From: Macrostomum lignano
Taxonomy: Eukaryota
Reading direction: 5' to 3'
Assembly (NCBI GenBank): GCA_002269645.1
Contig: NIVC01001143.1
Span: forward strand, 186,001 to 250,000
Length of the DNA stretch: 64,000 nucleotides
Numbering within the stretch: the stretch's first letter is position 1; each line of letters begins with the position of its first letter. Below the pieces are notes generated by a model. It had not been told where the DNA came from, ran no database searches, and saw only the letters and a program-made list of their open reading frames with translations. Shown piece by piece: positions 1 to 12,289 of the stretch. The position numbers and the translations under genes were made by a program.

Positions 1-479
1 CAGTGCTTGGCGTCAGTGAATCGGATGCAGGCCAGGTAGCCATCATGGCCTGTGAGCTCCACCGGCTCTGCCTCAGTGTCATCCAGGTTGTGGATGGACA
101 GCAGGTTGTCCAGGCCGCCGCTAGCCACCCGGGTGTTGTCGGGGTTGAACCGGCAGGACATGACCCAGGCAGTCTTCAGGAAGATGGCGTTCAGCTTCGC
201 GCAGGAGAACGCGTCCCACAGGAAGATCTTGCCATCCTGACCGGCTGTGATAAGGTTGGTGGACTCGTTGCCCCACTGCAGATCTGTCAGCTTGGCCAGG
301 TGACCGTGAAGCTCCTTGCGCACCTTGAACTTCAGCCGGCCCAGGGGCTGCTGGTTCTCGGTGGCTGTCACGTAGTCGGCGTCGGCGACCTCCTTGCGCG
401 CAACCTTGATCTTTGCCTTCATCTCCTTGATCTCTTCCATGAGCTTCTGTTCCTCCTCGCACGGCTGATCATCGTCCAT
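1..479 (-). CDS. GNB: Divergent heterotrimeric G-protein beta subunit (WD40), N-terminal ~159 aa; continues beyond left edge
   Basis: Manual translation from ATG at 479: MDDDQPCEEEQKLMEEIKEMKAKIKVARKEVADAD...LHGHLAKLTDLQWG...AGQDGKIFLWDAF...TAWVMSCRF...VASGGLDNLLSIHNL...ELTGHDGYLACIRF. Aligns to G-beta hallmarks (N-terminal coiled coil, GHLAK, QDGK, WVM, GGLDN, GHxGYL). Missing from the ORF track because there is no stop in the window. Confidence 0.9.
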   Translation of the reverse strand, partial: MDDDQPCEEEQKLMEEIKEMKAKIKVARKEVADADYVTATENQQPLGRLKFKVRKELHGHLAKLTDLQWGNESTNLITAGQDGKIFLWDAFSCAKLNAIFLKTAWVMSCRFNPDNTRVASGGLDNLLSIHNLDDTEAEPVELTGHDGYLACIRFTDAKH

Positions 480-3400
480 GCCTTGGCTGTTTCTCACTGT
501 GCAGGCCGCAGCTGTCGGTTTGTTTTCTGTGGGCGCCTCTTGGCTGGCGATAAGTCCGAGACTGCGCAGCTCAGGGGTGCAAGCAGGCTTAAAGCTGTAG
601 TTAAGCAGTCAAAGAAAATATCGGAGTGTCAGATTTTCCTGCTTGGCTTGCTCCCCTCTCGAGTCTGTGAACTCAGCTCACCCTCCCTGACTCTGTTGTA
701 TGCGGAGCGGCCTGTTTCCCCACTCGCCTTGAGAAGTCGGCTAACGCTAAAGCAAGGGAAGAAGGGAAATCTGGACCGGCTGAAAACAGACACAGGCTCG
801 GGTGTACCCTGGCCTGGGGGGTATCTCTTCCCTTACTGCCTTTCCACTCCTTTCTTCCCTCTACATAACCCTCGCTAGAATTGTGGAGAGACGAGAGTGC
901 AGTCTAGGACGGGGGTGACTGGGGTGGATCGGAGGGTATGGAAAGGACTTCAGATTTTGGGGGGCTGCGCACGACCCAGCCCCTGACAGAAAGTTATCGA
1001 TCGGAATCGCTCGCCACACCAGTGAATCGGGGGTGGGGAAAGCGTGCTGGCGGCGGAGGGGGCGGGCCGCAGCGCACGTGCTTAAACCCCCCAACCCCCA
1101 TCTCACACGGATCAATAACTTTGCGCGCGGGAGGCCTCCCTTCTGCGCGTACCGCACGGGGCTGGGGAGACACGAAGCGCCTTCTCGTGCTTTGCTATTT
1201 GCCCCGCATTATTTCTAATTAAGTCGTCGCCTATCAGCCCCCGCCACCCCCTCAGTCCTCATCCCTATCCATCTCGCTCCGCCCGCCCTGCTCACTGCAG
1301 TTATTCCTGCCCGCTACTCCTGGCCTGTCCTGTCCGGCCAATTCTGCGCGAGAGTGGGGCAAAACTGCGCAGCGCCCCTCTCTCCCTACGGCCCTACCCC
1401 AAACCCCCTATCCATGTCCCCGCAGTCCTCCACGCAAACTTGCAGCGAACAGGAAGAACTTCTCTGGGCCCTGCCCCTGCCACTGAAGTGAAGAAGCATT
1501 GCATGCCTGCCAAAGCTGCCAGAGACAGAAAGCAGACCCCTCAGCCTCAACTCCTCCCCAGTCTGCATGCCCTGCTGCACCAAGTGGCTGACGGCCACTG
1601 CCACTAAGCTAGCATTGCTGGCGTATCTGCGGTGGCTGCGGTGGTGTGGGGGGGTTGGTTCGCTACTTCCTGCTGCAGGTGGAAGAAAACCTTGCGCTGT
1701 GCGGAAATTTAAGCCATATCTGACACTGCAAAACTGCTACATAAGTGCTACGTACTGTGTGTCATGTACTATGTCATATGTGCCATTTGCGCACACAATG
1801 TTTTCAGCTATAAAAATGGAACTTGTACAATAAAAAAGCCGCGTATACTACTAACAGCTTTCATAGCGAACTGGCTGTGGCTGCTGCCCCATTTCGAGTA
1901 TGATATTATTGAAAATTTTATTTGCTAAGATACAGCACGCAGCTCGGCACGGCTGAGCTCTTATCTCGCTGACACTTTTGATTTACTGCAATGCGCCTAC
2001 AGAGGTTTCCTAGTGTTTTGTTTAATGAAGAAGTCTTTATATTGGGTAGAATTTGGAACACTAATAGAGGCTTCGAGTGTTCCTATGCTTTTATTTGGAG
2101 TTCCATTGGAATATAACATGAATACTTATGGTCAAATTTTCGAGTTGAACGTACGAGCGTATATGCGGACATGGCTTGCTCAAGCAGTGCGTATATGCCA
2201 TGCCCCACAGAAGGCAACTCGGTTCCCAAAAAAATCAAACAAAAAGGGTAACCCAGGGGCTCCATCTGAAGCAGTGTCAACAGCAGCAATGAATTGAATG
2301 TCAGGATGTCAGAGCTCCGTGTTGAGTGTCAAGAATCGCTATTTAGGGTGTTAGGGGGCAGAGCAGCTCAGCGGTAATCAGGAGTCAGCAGAGTGGGTAG
2401 AATTGTCTCAGAGCCGGCTGTGAGACAATGTCACCGAAGGGTGTCCATGCAGCCCTCCTGCTACGAGTATTATTATTCATATATTAATATGATTGGGGTG
2501 TCAGGGCTGTCAGAATGTTGAGTGTCAGGAGTCGCTTTCTAGGGTTTCAGGGCCACCAAGGGACCTCGCACACTCGCAGGCACTTACTGACTAAATCAAA
2601 GTCGAACAACATCTGGCAATGAAGGGCAATGTCGCATCGTCCAATCTCCGAAATCTCACCAGTCCGATCCCGTAAATCCCCTTCTCCCTGCCAGATCCCC
2701 GCCGTGTCAGGGGAGTGGAGTGAGCCCGCGGGGTGCTTAATCCGCTCACCGCTGCCCAGCCGACAGCGATCTGCTCATCCCGGACCCAATAAATCTCATA
2801 TGACAGCGGAATCACACCGTCACCCGCCCTGCCATTAGGCCAATAATAACTACCTTTACTCGAACTTAATTAGCTAGTCGGCTCAAGCGAACTTCTCCCC
2901 AGGGAGGGGTGGGCATGCAAGACGAATTGGGACTTTCAAATGGAGAAGCCAAGGGCAGATTCGAACCCGGGACACCTATATGAGCTCCACTGGATTAGAA
3001 GCAAGTGAAGGAGTCTTTGCTCCTCCCTCCGTGGAGTCCCTGAAATATACTGTTTTGCAGTAAGTAGTATATTGCGGATTGTAACAATATATAATATTGT
3101 AGTACGAGTATATAATATATTTCAACGAGAATATTATAGCTCAAAATTGATCAACGGGACAAAAAAGGGATGCCAACACAGATTATTTATTGCAGATTGG
3201 GACAACACCAAGAAAGATTCTAGGAAAGCACAAAAGAAGGCGAATAAGCAAATTTTATATAGCAAACTTTGCACGTGACACTTATTCAGCTTGAAAAAAT
3301 AATATATCGATTCCATAGTAGGACGTGGTAACACCAAACCACAAAGTACTTTGTGCAAAAATAAATCCGTGCTAAACAGGTGCGGCTGCAGCAAAACGGA

Positions 3401-3987
3401 GGCAGAAAACTGGAACTGCCGCAGCCGCAGGGGGCCGGTTAGGTGCGATCAGATTAGAACCAACAAACACTTCTTCAAGAGCTTTAAAGCCTTTTTACAC
3501 ACACGGGTAGAGTTTTTTTTTACAAAAACTGGTGCCGAGAAAGCTTTGAATAAGTAAAAAAAAACAATAAAAATGTAGAATAAAAAAATTGCCGCTTAAC
3601 CACGAGCGATAAAAAATTTGGTGATCGCGTGAGCCAGCGTGGGGGGGTCCTTTAGCCGCTGGGGGCTCTGGGCGCTACCGCAAATCAAAGGCGATCAATC
3701 AGCTGGGAGACGAGCAGTCCTGCCAACTCCCCTGACCCCTGACAGATGCGTACGCCAATTTGATTCTGTATTGAGCCCGCCACCGCAGACGCAAGTTTTG
3801 GCAGCAGCTCAGCTGCAACTGAGGCGCAAAGTGGAGCAGCCAATCAGAGCGGAGAGAGGGGTGAGAATGACGCAGGGGTGCGCATGTACAACAAACCTAC
3901 ACTGGGCTCGGGTCGCGGCCAGAGTCCTCAAGTGCTGAGTCGGTGGTGCTGAAGGGGGAAAGTAGCAGAAAATGTTCAGCAAGCGAG

Positions 3988-6900
3988 TCAGAGAATGGTG
4001 CAGACCTCGCTCTCCTCCACCTTGTTGTTCTTGGCCTTCTTCTTGCCCTTGCCACCCTTGGCCTTGTCTCCGTGGTGATGGTGCTTCTTCTTCTTTTTCT
4101 TCGGCTTCTTGACCGGCTCCTCCGGGGTGGCGCCCGAGTTCTGCGTGTCCACGGAGACGATGGTCTCGCCTTCGTCGGAGAAGTCATCAGACCGCGGCGG
4201 CTGCCGCGTGTCGCCGGCCGAGTTGGGAGCGTCGGCGGCGGCGGCGGCTGCGGCGGCACCGGAGGCCTCGCTGCGGCGGTTGTTGCGCTGCCGCTCGATG
4301 TCGTCGGCCAGCTGGTCCATGCCGACTGTGCGGGCAAACTCGTCCGCCTGCAGGGTCTGGTCACCGGAGTGCACCTGCGGGACGAAGGAGATCGGAAAAT
4401 GTCAGTAGGCAGGATGATCAGGCACCAGGAGACTGGGTGTCAGGATGATCGGGTGTCAGGAAGACTGTGTGTCAGGAAGACTGTGTGTCAGGAAAACTGG
4501 ATGTCAGGAAGATCGGGTGTCAGGAAGACTGTGTGTCAGGAAGACTGTGTGTCAGGAAGATCGGGTGTTAGAAAAACTGGATGTCAGGAAGATCGGGTGT
4601 CAGGAAGACAGGGTGTCAGGAAGACTGTGTGTCAGGAAGATCGGGTGTCAGGAAGACTGGGTGTCAGGAAGATCGGGTGTCAGGAAAATCAGTTTTCAGG
4701 ATGATCGGGTGTCAGGAAGACTGTGTGTCAGGATGATCGGGTGTCAGGATGATCGGGTGGCAGGAAGACTGTGTGTCAGGAAGACTGGGTGTCAGGAAGA
4801 CTGGGTAACAGGAAGACTGGGTGTCAGGAAAATCGGGTGTCAGGATGATCGGGTGTCAGGAAAACTGGGTGTCAGGAAGACTGGGAGTCAGGAAGACTGT
4901 GTGTCAGGATGATCGGGTGTCAGGAAGACTGTGTGTCAGGAAGACTGTGTGTCAGGAAGACTGTGTGTCAGGAAGACTGTGTGTCAGGAAGATCGGGTGT
5001 CAGGAAGACTGTGTGTCAGGATGATCGGGTGTCAGGAAGACTGTGTGTCAGGATGATCGGGTGTCAGGAAGACTGGGTGTCAGGAAGACTGTGTGTCAGG
5101 AAGACTGTGTGTCAGGAAGACTGTGTGTCAGGATTATCGGGTGTCAGGGAGACTGCGTGTCAGGAAGTCTGGGTGTCAGGAAGACTGGGTGTCAGGAAGA
5201 TCGGGTGTCAGGAAAATCAGGTGTCAGGATGATCGGATATCAGAAAGACTGGTTGTCAGGAAGACAGGGGGTCAGGAAGACTGTGTGTCAGGATGATCGG
5301 GTGTCAGGAAGACTGGGTGTCAGGAAGACTGTGTGTCAGGAAGATCGGGTGTCAGGAAGACTGGGTGTCAGGAAAATCAGGTTTTAGGATGATCGGGTGT
5401 CAGGAAGACTGGGTGTCAGGAAGATCGGGTGTCAGGAAGACTGGGTGTCAGGATGATCAGGTGTCAGGAAGACTGGGTGTCAGGAAACTCGGGTTTCAAA
5501 ATCAAAAATTATCAAAAAAACACCAGCTGCCCCAATCAAAGGAAGACCAGCTGCCCCAATCAAAGGAAGACCAGCTGCCCCAATCAAAGGAAGACCAGCT
5601 GCCCCAATCAAAGGAAGACCAGCTGCCCCAATCAAAGGAAGACCAGCTGCCCCAATCAAAGGAAGACCAGCTGCCCCCCCCCCCGATCAAAGCGCACCTC
5701 GGACGGCACCGGGATGCCCGCTTTGAGCAGCCGCCGGCCGAACTCCTCCCTCTCCTTCTCGATGCACAGGGTGATGAGGTTTCTGAACCGGTGCGGCTGG
5801 TTGGGGAAGGTTTTGTTCAGCTTGGCCAGCGCCTCGAAGGCCAGGTCCGGCCAGAAGGTCTCAATGATCTGGTCGAACAGCTCCTCGTTGTTTTTTTCGA
5901 TGGCGTCGCAGAGGTTCAGGTAGACGGCAAGCAGGTAGTGCGAGTGCCCGCTCGTATCTTTGCGCTCCACCTTGATGGCCTGCCGGTAGTGCGACTTCAC
6001 CATGTCCGCGTTGCTTAGCAACGGGTAGCCGGTTGACTTGCGATTGTCTGAGCCGGCGCTGGCGGACTGAGGGCGGATAGGGTTGGGATCCGAGTTAGGG
6101 TGGATGGGATCTGAGTGAGGGTGATGGGATCTGAGTGAGGGTGGATGGGATTCGAGTTAGGGTGGATGCCGGATGGGATCTGAGCGAGAGTGGATGCCGG
6201 ATGGGATCTGAGCGAGGGTGGATGCCGGATGGGATCTAAGCGAGGGTGGATGGGATCTGAGCGAGGGTGGATGGGATCTGAGTGAGGGTGGATGGGATCT
6301 GAGTGAGGGTGGATGGGATCTGAGTGAGGGTGGATGGGATCTGAGTGAGGGTGGATTTGATCTGAGGAAGGGTGGATGGGATCTGAGCGAGGGTATACGG
6401 CATATTAAAGATAGTAAAACAATCTGTGCATAGGATCACGTGACCGCTTCTCACATTGTCGGGCAGCTCGGGATCGGCCCCGGCGCGCACTAGATTGTTA
6501 TACATGAACTCCTCGTCGATGCCCTGGGCGTAGTGCAACGCAGTACGGGTGCTCTGCATGGCGGCACGGGGCGGCGGCGCGGATCATTTGCAAAGCGGCG
6601 AACATAATATATCTACTATTAGTAGCGCTATTAGAGATGTTGCTAAAATCCGCTCCAACTTCAAATAGAAACTCACGTGGTCGCGCAGGTCCACCTGGCC
6701 CGGGTGCTTGTCCAGGATGTGCTTCAGGATGAACCGGCGCTCGTAGATGACCGCCCAGTGGATGAGGCTCTGGCCCTTCTTGTCCACCACCTCGCAGGCC
6801 TCCTGGGTTGCGGTGTCTCTGAAGCCGGCCGTGTTGCCGAGTATTGTCAGCTTGCGGAGATTCCGGTACAGAATCTGCGGTGCGGGAAGGGCTCGGACAT

Positions 6901-9900
6901 TGCGAAACAGGGAATCTCATCCCTGAGATTTAAACTAAGGGAATCTCACCTCTGAGATTTAAACTATGGAATCTCAACCCTGAGATTTGAACTAAGGAAT
7001 CTCACCCCTGAGATTTGAACTAAGGAATCTCACCCCTGAGATTTGAACTAAGGAATCTCACCCCTGAGATTTAAACTAGTGAATCTCACCCCTGAGATTT
7101 AAACTAGTGAATCTCACCCCTGAGATTTGAACTAAGGAATCTCACCCCTGAGATTTGAACTAAGGAATCTCACCCCTAAGATTTAAATCAGGAAATCACA
7201 CCCCTAAAATTCAACAAAAGAACCTCACTATACGAAAAAACGGTAAATCTTACACCTGAGTCCCAATCTCAATCCCTGAGATAAAAGTTCTACGAGCGGA
7301 TCTCAGACATTCAATCGAGGCATAAGGATTCGAACTCGGCTCCTTGACAAATTCAGCTTGTAGGGCGAGGCACGCGCCCCGTTGCCCCTAGCAACCGGGT
7401 GATTTGGCGAGAAGCAGAGCTCCGCCATTCTTCCCACCCGCCCCACCGCCTCCCCCAGCTGAGTTGACAGAGTCTGTGAAAACCGCCAGTGCGGATAACT
7501 GACTGAGGAGCCGCTTTGCTGACAGGCACGGCTTCCCACCTGCCGGGGAGCAGATGGGGAGCAGAGATGCCGAGATGGGGGTTGCGCGTGGGATGCGAAA
7601 TCGGCAATAATGGCGGGTCGATGCAGTTCATCCCCCCACTCCTCTCTCCTTTGTACTGAGAAAAAATTCTCATTGTCAACTTTTCCTGTTGTGAGACAGT
7701 ATTCCCACTGCATTGGGAAGCCGGTTGGATGGGATAGCTGTGGGAATAGGAAATGGGAAGCCTGGTGGCATTCGGCTCCTCAAGCGTAAAGTCAACTCTA
7801 TTAATGAATTGATAACAGAAACTTATTAGCTGACGAGGCATTATACAGTATTAACCCACGCTGTTTACCCACCCAGACTTTCTCGATCTGCTCCAGCCGC
7901 TGTGCCAGCTTCTTGTCCGCCTTGGCCTTGCTGTGTCGCAGCTTGGCGAGGTTCCGCCAGCCGACGCACGGCCAGTAGCCGGTGCCCAGGCAGGTCGCCC
8001 GGAGCTCCTCGTCGGACATCGCCCGCAGAGCCGGCAGCAGGGCGGCGTCCAGCTCCTCTAACGAGTCGAGAATGGCGGAGGCGTCGAACTCGTCGCGCCG
8101 CTTCAGCTCGTTCAGCATGGCCTGATCAGCCAGGGTGCGCATCCGGCTGTCCGGCTTCCAGAACTGGTAGCCCATCTTCACCAGGTGGTCGAAGATCTCT
8201 CGCTCCTGGGCAAGGAAGGCCAGCATGATCTCGTGGTCCAGAGAGGCCAGGGAGGTCTTGTAGTCCACGCAGTTCTGCACCAGCGGCAGCAGGATGTCCT
8301 TGTTGACGTGGTTTGAGGCCTGTTGAGTAAATTTAAGCTGCGTCAGTCAGGAATTCGAGCTCTTTTGACACGCAGTCTCTCCAGACCGCCTCCCCACACG
8401 GCAAGCAGAGCTGAGCTGCCTCCCCACACGCAGAGCTCAGCCGCCTCCCCACAAGCAGAGCTCAGCCGCCTCCCCACAAGCAGAGCTCAGCTGCCTCCCC
8501 ACACGGCAAGCAGAGCTCAGCTGCCTCCCCACAAGCAGAGCTCAGCCGCCTCCCCACACGCAGAGCTCAGCCGCCTCCCCACATGGCAAGCAGAGCCCAC
8601 ACGGCAGGCACTCACCTTGAAGGCAATCCAGAACGGCACCATCATGCTGCCATCCTCCTCATCTTCCCGGAAGCGGACCTGGAAGTCCACATCCGGCCTG
8701 GTACGCTCCAGCAGCAGCTGCGCAGCCTCCAGGCTGTACTGACAGTCGATGAGCTGCCGCAGCAGTGGCTGCCGATCAGCGCTGCCGTCCTCGTTCAGGC
8801 GGCTCTCGTCATACAGGTCCAGCCGCAGGTCCGGGTTCTCCTCCAGTGCGGCCCGAAGACCCGAGGCGTCACCAGCCAGGCAGCGGTGCACCAGCGTCAC
8901 GGTCGGGCGCATCTCAACAAGGTAGTCGCGAATCTCCGGGTGCCGCTTGGAGATGTCCAGGTGATAGTTGGTCACTTTCACCCAGTAGGAGACCAGCTCG
9001 GCCACTTGCTGCATGTCACCCTCCTTGATTGCCTCGTCCAAGGGCGGCGTGAACATCTCCAGGGTCTTCAGCACGGCGCGGTTGGTGGTGCACGTGCGAG
9101 CTGTGCGGCCCTTGCTGTTGGCAAAGCCGGGGTCCACCCCGATCTACGGCGGCAGTGGTGCGAAGATGTTTATTCTAATGTCATTTGTCAAGGACCACCA
9201 GAAGCACATGGTCAATGGGAGAGAGGATTGGCTTCGTGCCAAGTTACAGCGGCACATGAGGCCCATGAGGCCAACCCCTAAGGGCACAGAGTGGTGCACA
9301 TGCCTGACAAGGAGAAAGTCAAGGTCAAATTTCGCTATGATTTTCGGCATTGCCTGAAGCTCCTCTCCAAACAATCCAAAGGGATTTTAAGACTTTAAAC
9401 CCACGAGGGACAGCCACCAAGGAAGACAGTTCCAAGGAGGGCAGATGTACACCGCTGAGTGCCTGCGTACGCTCGTACACACATGTACAGCCCTGAAAAC
9501 ACCGGCAATTCCATCCTAGGTTCACTCAGATTGACTCACCTTGAGCAGCGCATTGATGAGGGGCAGCGGAGCCGAGCAGGCCACGGCAAAGTGCAGCGCG
9601 GTGTTCTTAGTGAGGTTGCGCATGTTGTAGTTGATGCCCGCAAGCGAGTACGCGTACACCAAGGAAACCAGCCGACCGGGGTCCAGCGACTGCAGGTTCT
9701 TGGACACCGCCAGCCAGTGCAGCCAGCCGTTGCCGTTCTTATCCTTGAAGTTGACCTCAGCCTCGGACAGATGCGGGATGAGCTCGTGCAGCCGGTCCAG
9801 TCCTTCATCCGTGAGGCCCACCAGGATTTCCTTCATCTCCTCCATGGCGGTGGGCGGCGGAGGCTCCTGCGGTTCAACCGCCTCTTCATCAGCAAATTCC

Positions 9901-10055
9901 TCTTCCTCGCCAGCCTCGGGCTCGGCCGCTGGGGGCTCCTCGGCGGCCGGGGGCTCCTCGGCGGTGTCCGGCCGCTTCTGCTGCAGCTCGGAGGCAGAGC
10001 CGGCGGGTGAGACGGCCGCCTCGTCCTCCTGCTGAGGGTCGTCCTTGTGGGTCAT
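3988..10055 (-). CDS. Ankyrin-repeat protein (~847 aa) with polybasic tail and C-terminal CaaX (CTIL); 7 exons
   Basis: Exons 9540-10055, 8616-9143, 7873-8319, 6677-6874, 6455-6553, 5698-6066, 3988-4374, all GT-AG and phase 0, joining in frame (e.g. LLK|IGVDPGFANSKGRTA). Ankyrin motifs KDKNGNGWLHWLA, NLTKNTALHFAV, DKKGQSLIHWAV, TRTALHYA...AGADPELPD. Donor at 7872 and acceptor at 6067 are the least certain. Confidence 0.8.
4440..5485. repeat. 16-bp minisatellite (GTGTCAGGAAGACTGG / GTGTCAGGAAGATCGG variants)
   Basis: Visible tandem array in ankyrin-gene intron 6; source of the spurious CQED/VSGR ORFs. Confidence 0.95.
5523..5675. repeat. 24-bp tandem repeat (GACCAGCTGCCCCAATCAAAGGAA), about 6-7 copies
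   Basis: Near-perfect copies next to the donor at 5697. Confidence 0.95.
6090..6390. repeat. 21-bp minisatellite (GGTGGATGGGATCTGAGTGAG)
   Basis: Visible array in ankyrin-gene intron 5. Confidence 0.9.
6920..7190. repeat. 28-bp minisatellite (GAATCTCACCCCTGAGATTTGAACTAAG)
   Basis: Visible array with an internal hairpin AATCTCA/TGAGATT. Confidence 0.9.
8385..8600. repeat. ~26-30-bp minisatellite (CAGAGCTCAGCCGCCTCCCCACA...)
   Basis: Visible array in ankyrin-gene intron 2. Confidence 0.85.
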
Positions 10056-11372
10056 GCCGACAGGTCCGGGTCAGTCAGGCGAGCAGAAATCGGATTCTCG
10101 GATGTCGAGCGCTTCCGTCGTGTGCTTGAGTGCTCAGGCAGAGTGGGCTGATGAGCTAAGAGAGGCTTTCTGGCTGCAGCCGGCTTTCCTATTGTTTTAA
10201 GCAGCTCCCCTGCTTTAGTGCGCTAGTGGGGCGGGCGGAATATCGATTTTTGTCCCAGCTACTCCGCATTCACTCCTCAGCCTCCGGCCCTGCAGCCGCC
10301 AGTGGATTCTGGGCTGCTCCAAGCGGCCTCCCCGCGATGGAGACGGAAAGTTTTTTCCGTCCAGAAATTTCTGCTCGCTCCGCTCTCCGCCGCAGCACTC
10401 CGGCTGGGAGCAAACACAGGCAAGCGGCTCTTGCCGGCCTCGTCCCAACCACGGCCAAGTGCATTCCACAGAAACAATGCAAGCGTTGCCATAGCAACTG
10501 CAGCAGCTGGTCCCTCGCCTCTCTCCCCAGTCCATCTCTAAGCCAAATGTGGGCAAGACTTGCAGGCACTGGGGGGGGGGGAGACTTCGCGTGTTTGTTG
10601 GCTGTCTTGGAAGAGAAGCGAGTGACGTCAGGCAGGTGAGCCGACGGAGGAGCAGGGCAGGTGCAGCGGACGGGCTATTTTCCGACGCATGTCAAACACA
10701 ATGCCAGGGGAGAAAGCTCCATTCATCAGCGAATTGGTCAGGCAAAACATTGCCTCAAGCCGAGCCGCTGCCGCTTGCGGGGGTGGTCGGGCGGTCTGGA
10801 ATTCTGCAATCTCGTACTGCTATTGAAATAGAAAAATACTCGTAGCTCAATGTCGATGTCGAGTCAGTGACTGAGCATGCAGAATGAGGGAATTGTTCGT
10901 CTCCGTTGGTTTCCTCAACGACTGCTGAACTATTCTACCCTAAACACACAGCCTCATCAGTGAAAGAAAGCTCGGGGTTTGCCAGTAGAACAAAGATGAT
11001 TGACAACAGCGGCTCTCGTGCCTGAGAAAATCAGGAGTCTGTGAGCGATGGAAGCTTTGCTGGCAATTTAGGAGCAGATGGACCAAAATTAAAACTGGCG
11101 ACGACTGCTAAAGAGCGCTAAAGAGCAAGCAGCTCTGGTGCGCATTTCTGAATCAGTCAAAGGAAAACGTGTTTTAGCGGAGCCGCAGGTGGCTTGGTAC
11201 GTGCAAGTCACTTCAAGCAGCCCAAAAAAGTCTGTTAAAATCGGTGTATTGGTACAGAAATTCCTAGTAGAGCTTAAGTCCCTATTATGATATTTTGTAT
11301 CGATATCGGTGCCGTCAATGATTTGCCGGAGAGTAACTACTACAGCAGCATCAGCAGCGAGCAGTTCCGCTG

Positions 11373-11966
11373 TCACGGCAAGCCGGCCTCGCAGCAGCCG
11401 TTGACAACGCTCTGAGTCCTGTGGTAAATCCAGCTGCCGATGAGCACCAGCTGGCTGACCTTCTTGTTCATCACGGACGGGTCCCAGCTGGTGCTCTCCC
11501 GCTGCAGCAGGGTGAACATGCCCGGCTCCACCAGCTCCTGCATGCTGGCCGCTGCCGAGGCCTCGCTCTCCCCGGCCAGCATCGCCGTGTCCTTGTAGAT
11601 CTCACTCATCGTGTCGAACAGCGCGTTCAGCTTGGCGTCCATGTTGGCCACGTGCCAGCCAATCATCTCGCAGCTGCTGGCCCCGGTCGGGTAGCTCACG
11701 GTGGTGGCCATGTTGCACAGGGGTGTCGGCTTGGGCGTTTGGCTCCTCGCCGAAGAGCCGCTGTTCTGCTGGTTGCTCTGGTGCCCCTGACTCTCCTGCG
11801 GCTGTGGCTGCCGCTGGACTGGCGGTCTGTGCCGCGACCTGTGCGAAGGCCTCGCCAGCGGAGGCTGCTGCAGACGCCGAGACTGGTGCTCGCACTGCAG
11901 GTGCCGGCGCTTCCGCTGCTCCGCAACCCCGTCGTCCAGTTCGCAGCGGCTCTGCTGGTCCCGCAT
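11373..11966 (-). CDS. Intronless hypothetical protein (197 aa), Q/P/S-rich N-half and predicted helical C-half
   Basis: ATG in good context (ATCGCCATG) at 11966; GC3-rich codon use like the neighbouring exons; no recognised domain. Confidence 0.55.
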   Translation of the reverse strand: MRDQQSRCELDDGVAEQRKRRHLQCEHQSRRLQQPPLARPSHRSRHRPPVQRQPQPQESQGHQSNQQNSGSSARSQTPKPTPLCNMATTVSYPTGASSCEMIGWHVANMDAKLNALFDTMSEIYKDTAMLAGESEASAAASMQELVEPGMFTLLQRESTSWDPSVMNKKVSQLVLIGSWIYHRTQSVVNGCCEAGLP

Positions 11967-12289
11967 GGCGATATCGGCAGAAATGTTAATATGCAATGTA
12001 ATGCAGCTACCGACAGTGGCATCTGCGCCTGGGATGGACGAGCGAAGTGAATGGAATGTTGTGCCTAGCTCGTACCATAGATCCGCTCATAGTGTCTATG
12101 CACTTGATGTCACTTCCGCAAAGATTACCTAATATGTATTAAGTAGCATTATTGTAGCATTTAGTCAGTTTAGCCATGAAGTTGCAAACTTTCCTACTGT
12201 TTGTGAAATGCTGATACCCAGGAGGTGGGGTGTCGCCACCCCCCACCATGAAATCCATGGCGACGCCCCTGAGCCAAACCGTTTATTTA

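Noticed and set aside
3-878. 291-aa + strand ORF
   Set aside because: Antisense shadow of the G-beta CDS; the real frame is on the - strand.
3988-4060. CTIL terminus as a hidden G-gamma gene partnering the adjacent G-beta
   Set aside because: The exon splices in frame to the ankyrin gene and lacks the GGL helices and NPF motif of G-gamma.
4445-5387. Cys-rich CQED/VSGR ORFs, and regular repeats that could be mistaken for a CRISPR array
   Set aside because: Translations of a 16-bp minisatellite; no unique spacers, no cas genes, eukaryotic intron.
9325-9525. Possible extra ankyrin-gene exon after TTTTCAG at 9493
   Set aside because: Direct splicing 9540 to 9143 gives a proper ankyrin junction; this frame has no suitable donor and hits a stop.
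12205-12272. Left TIR of the mariner
   Set aside because: The sequence (TGGCGACGCCCCTG) resembles the end of a separate GC-rich MITE and does not match the right mariner terminus.
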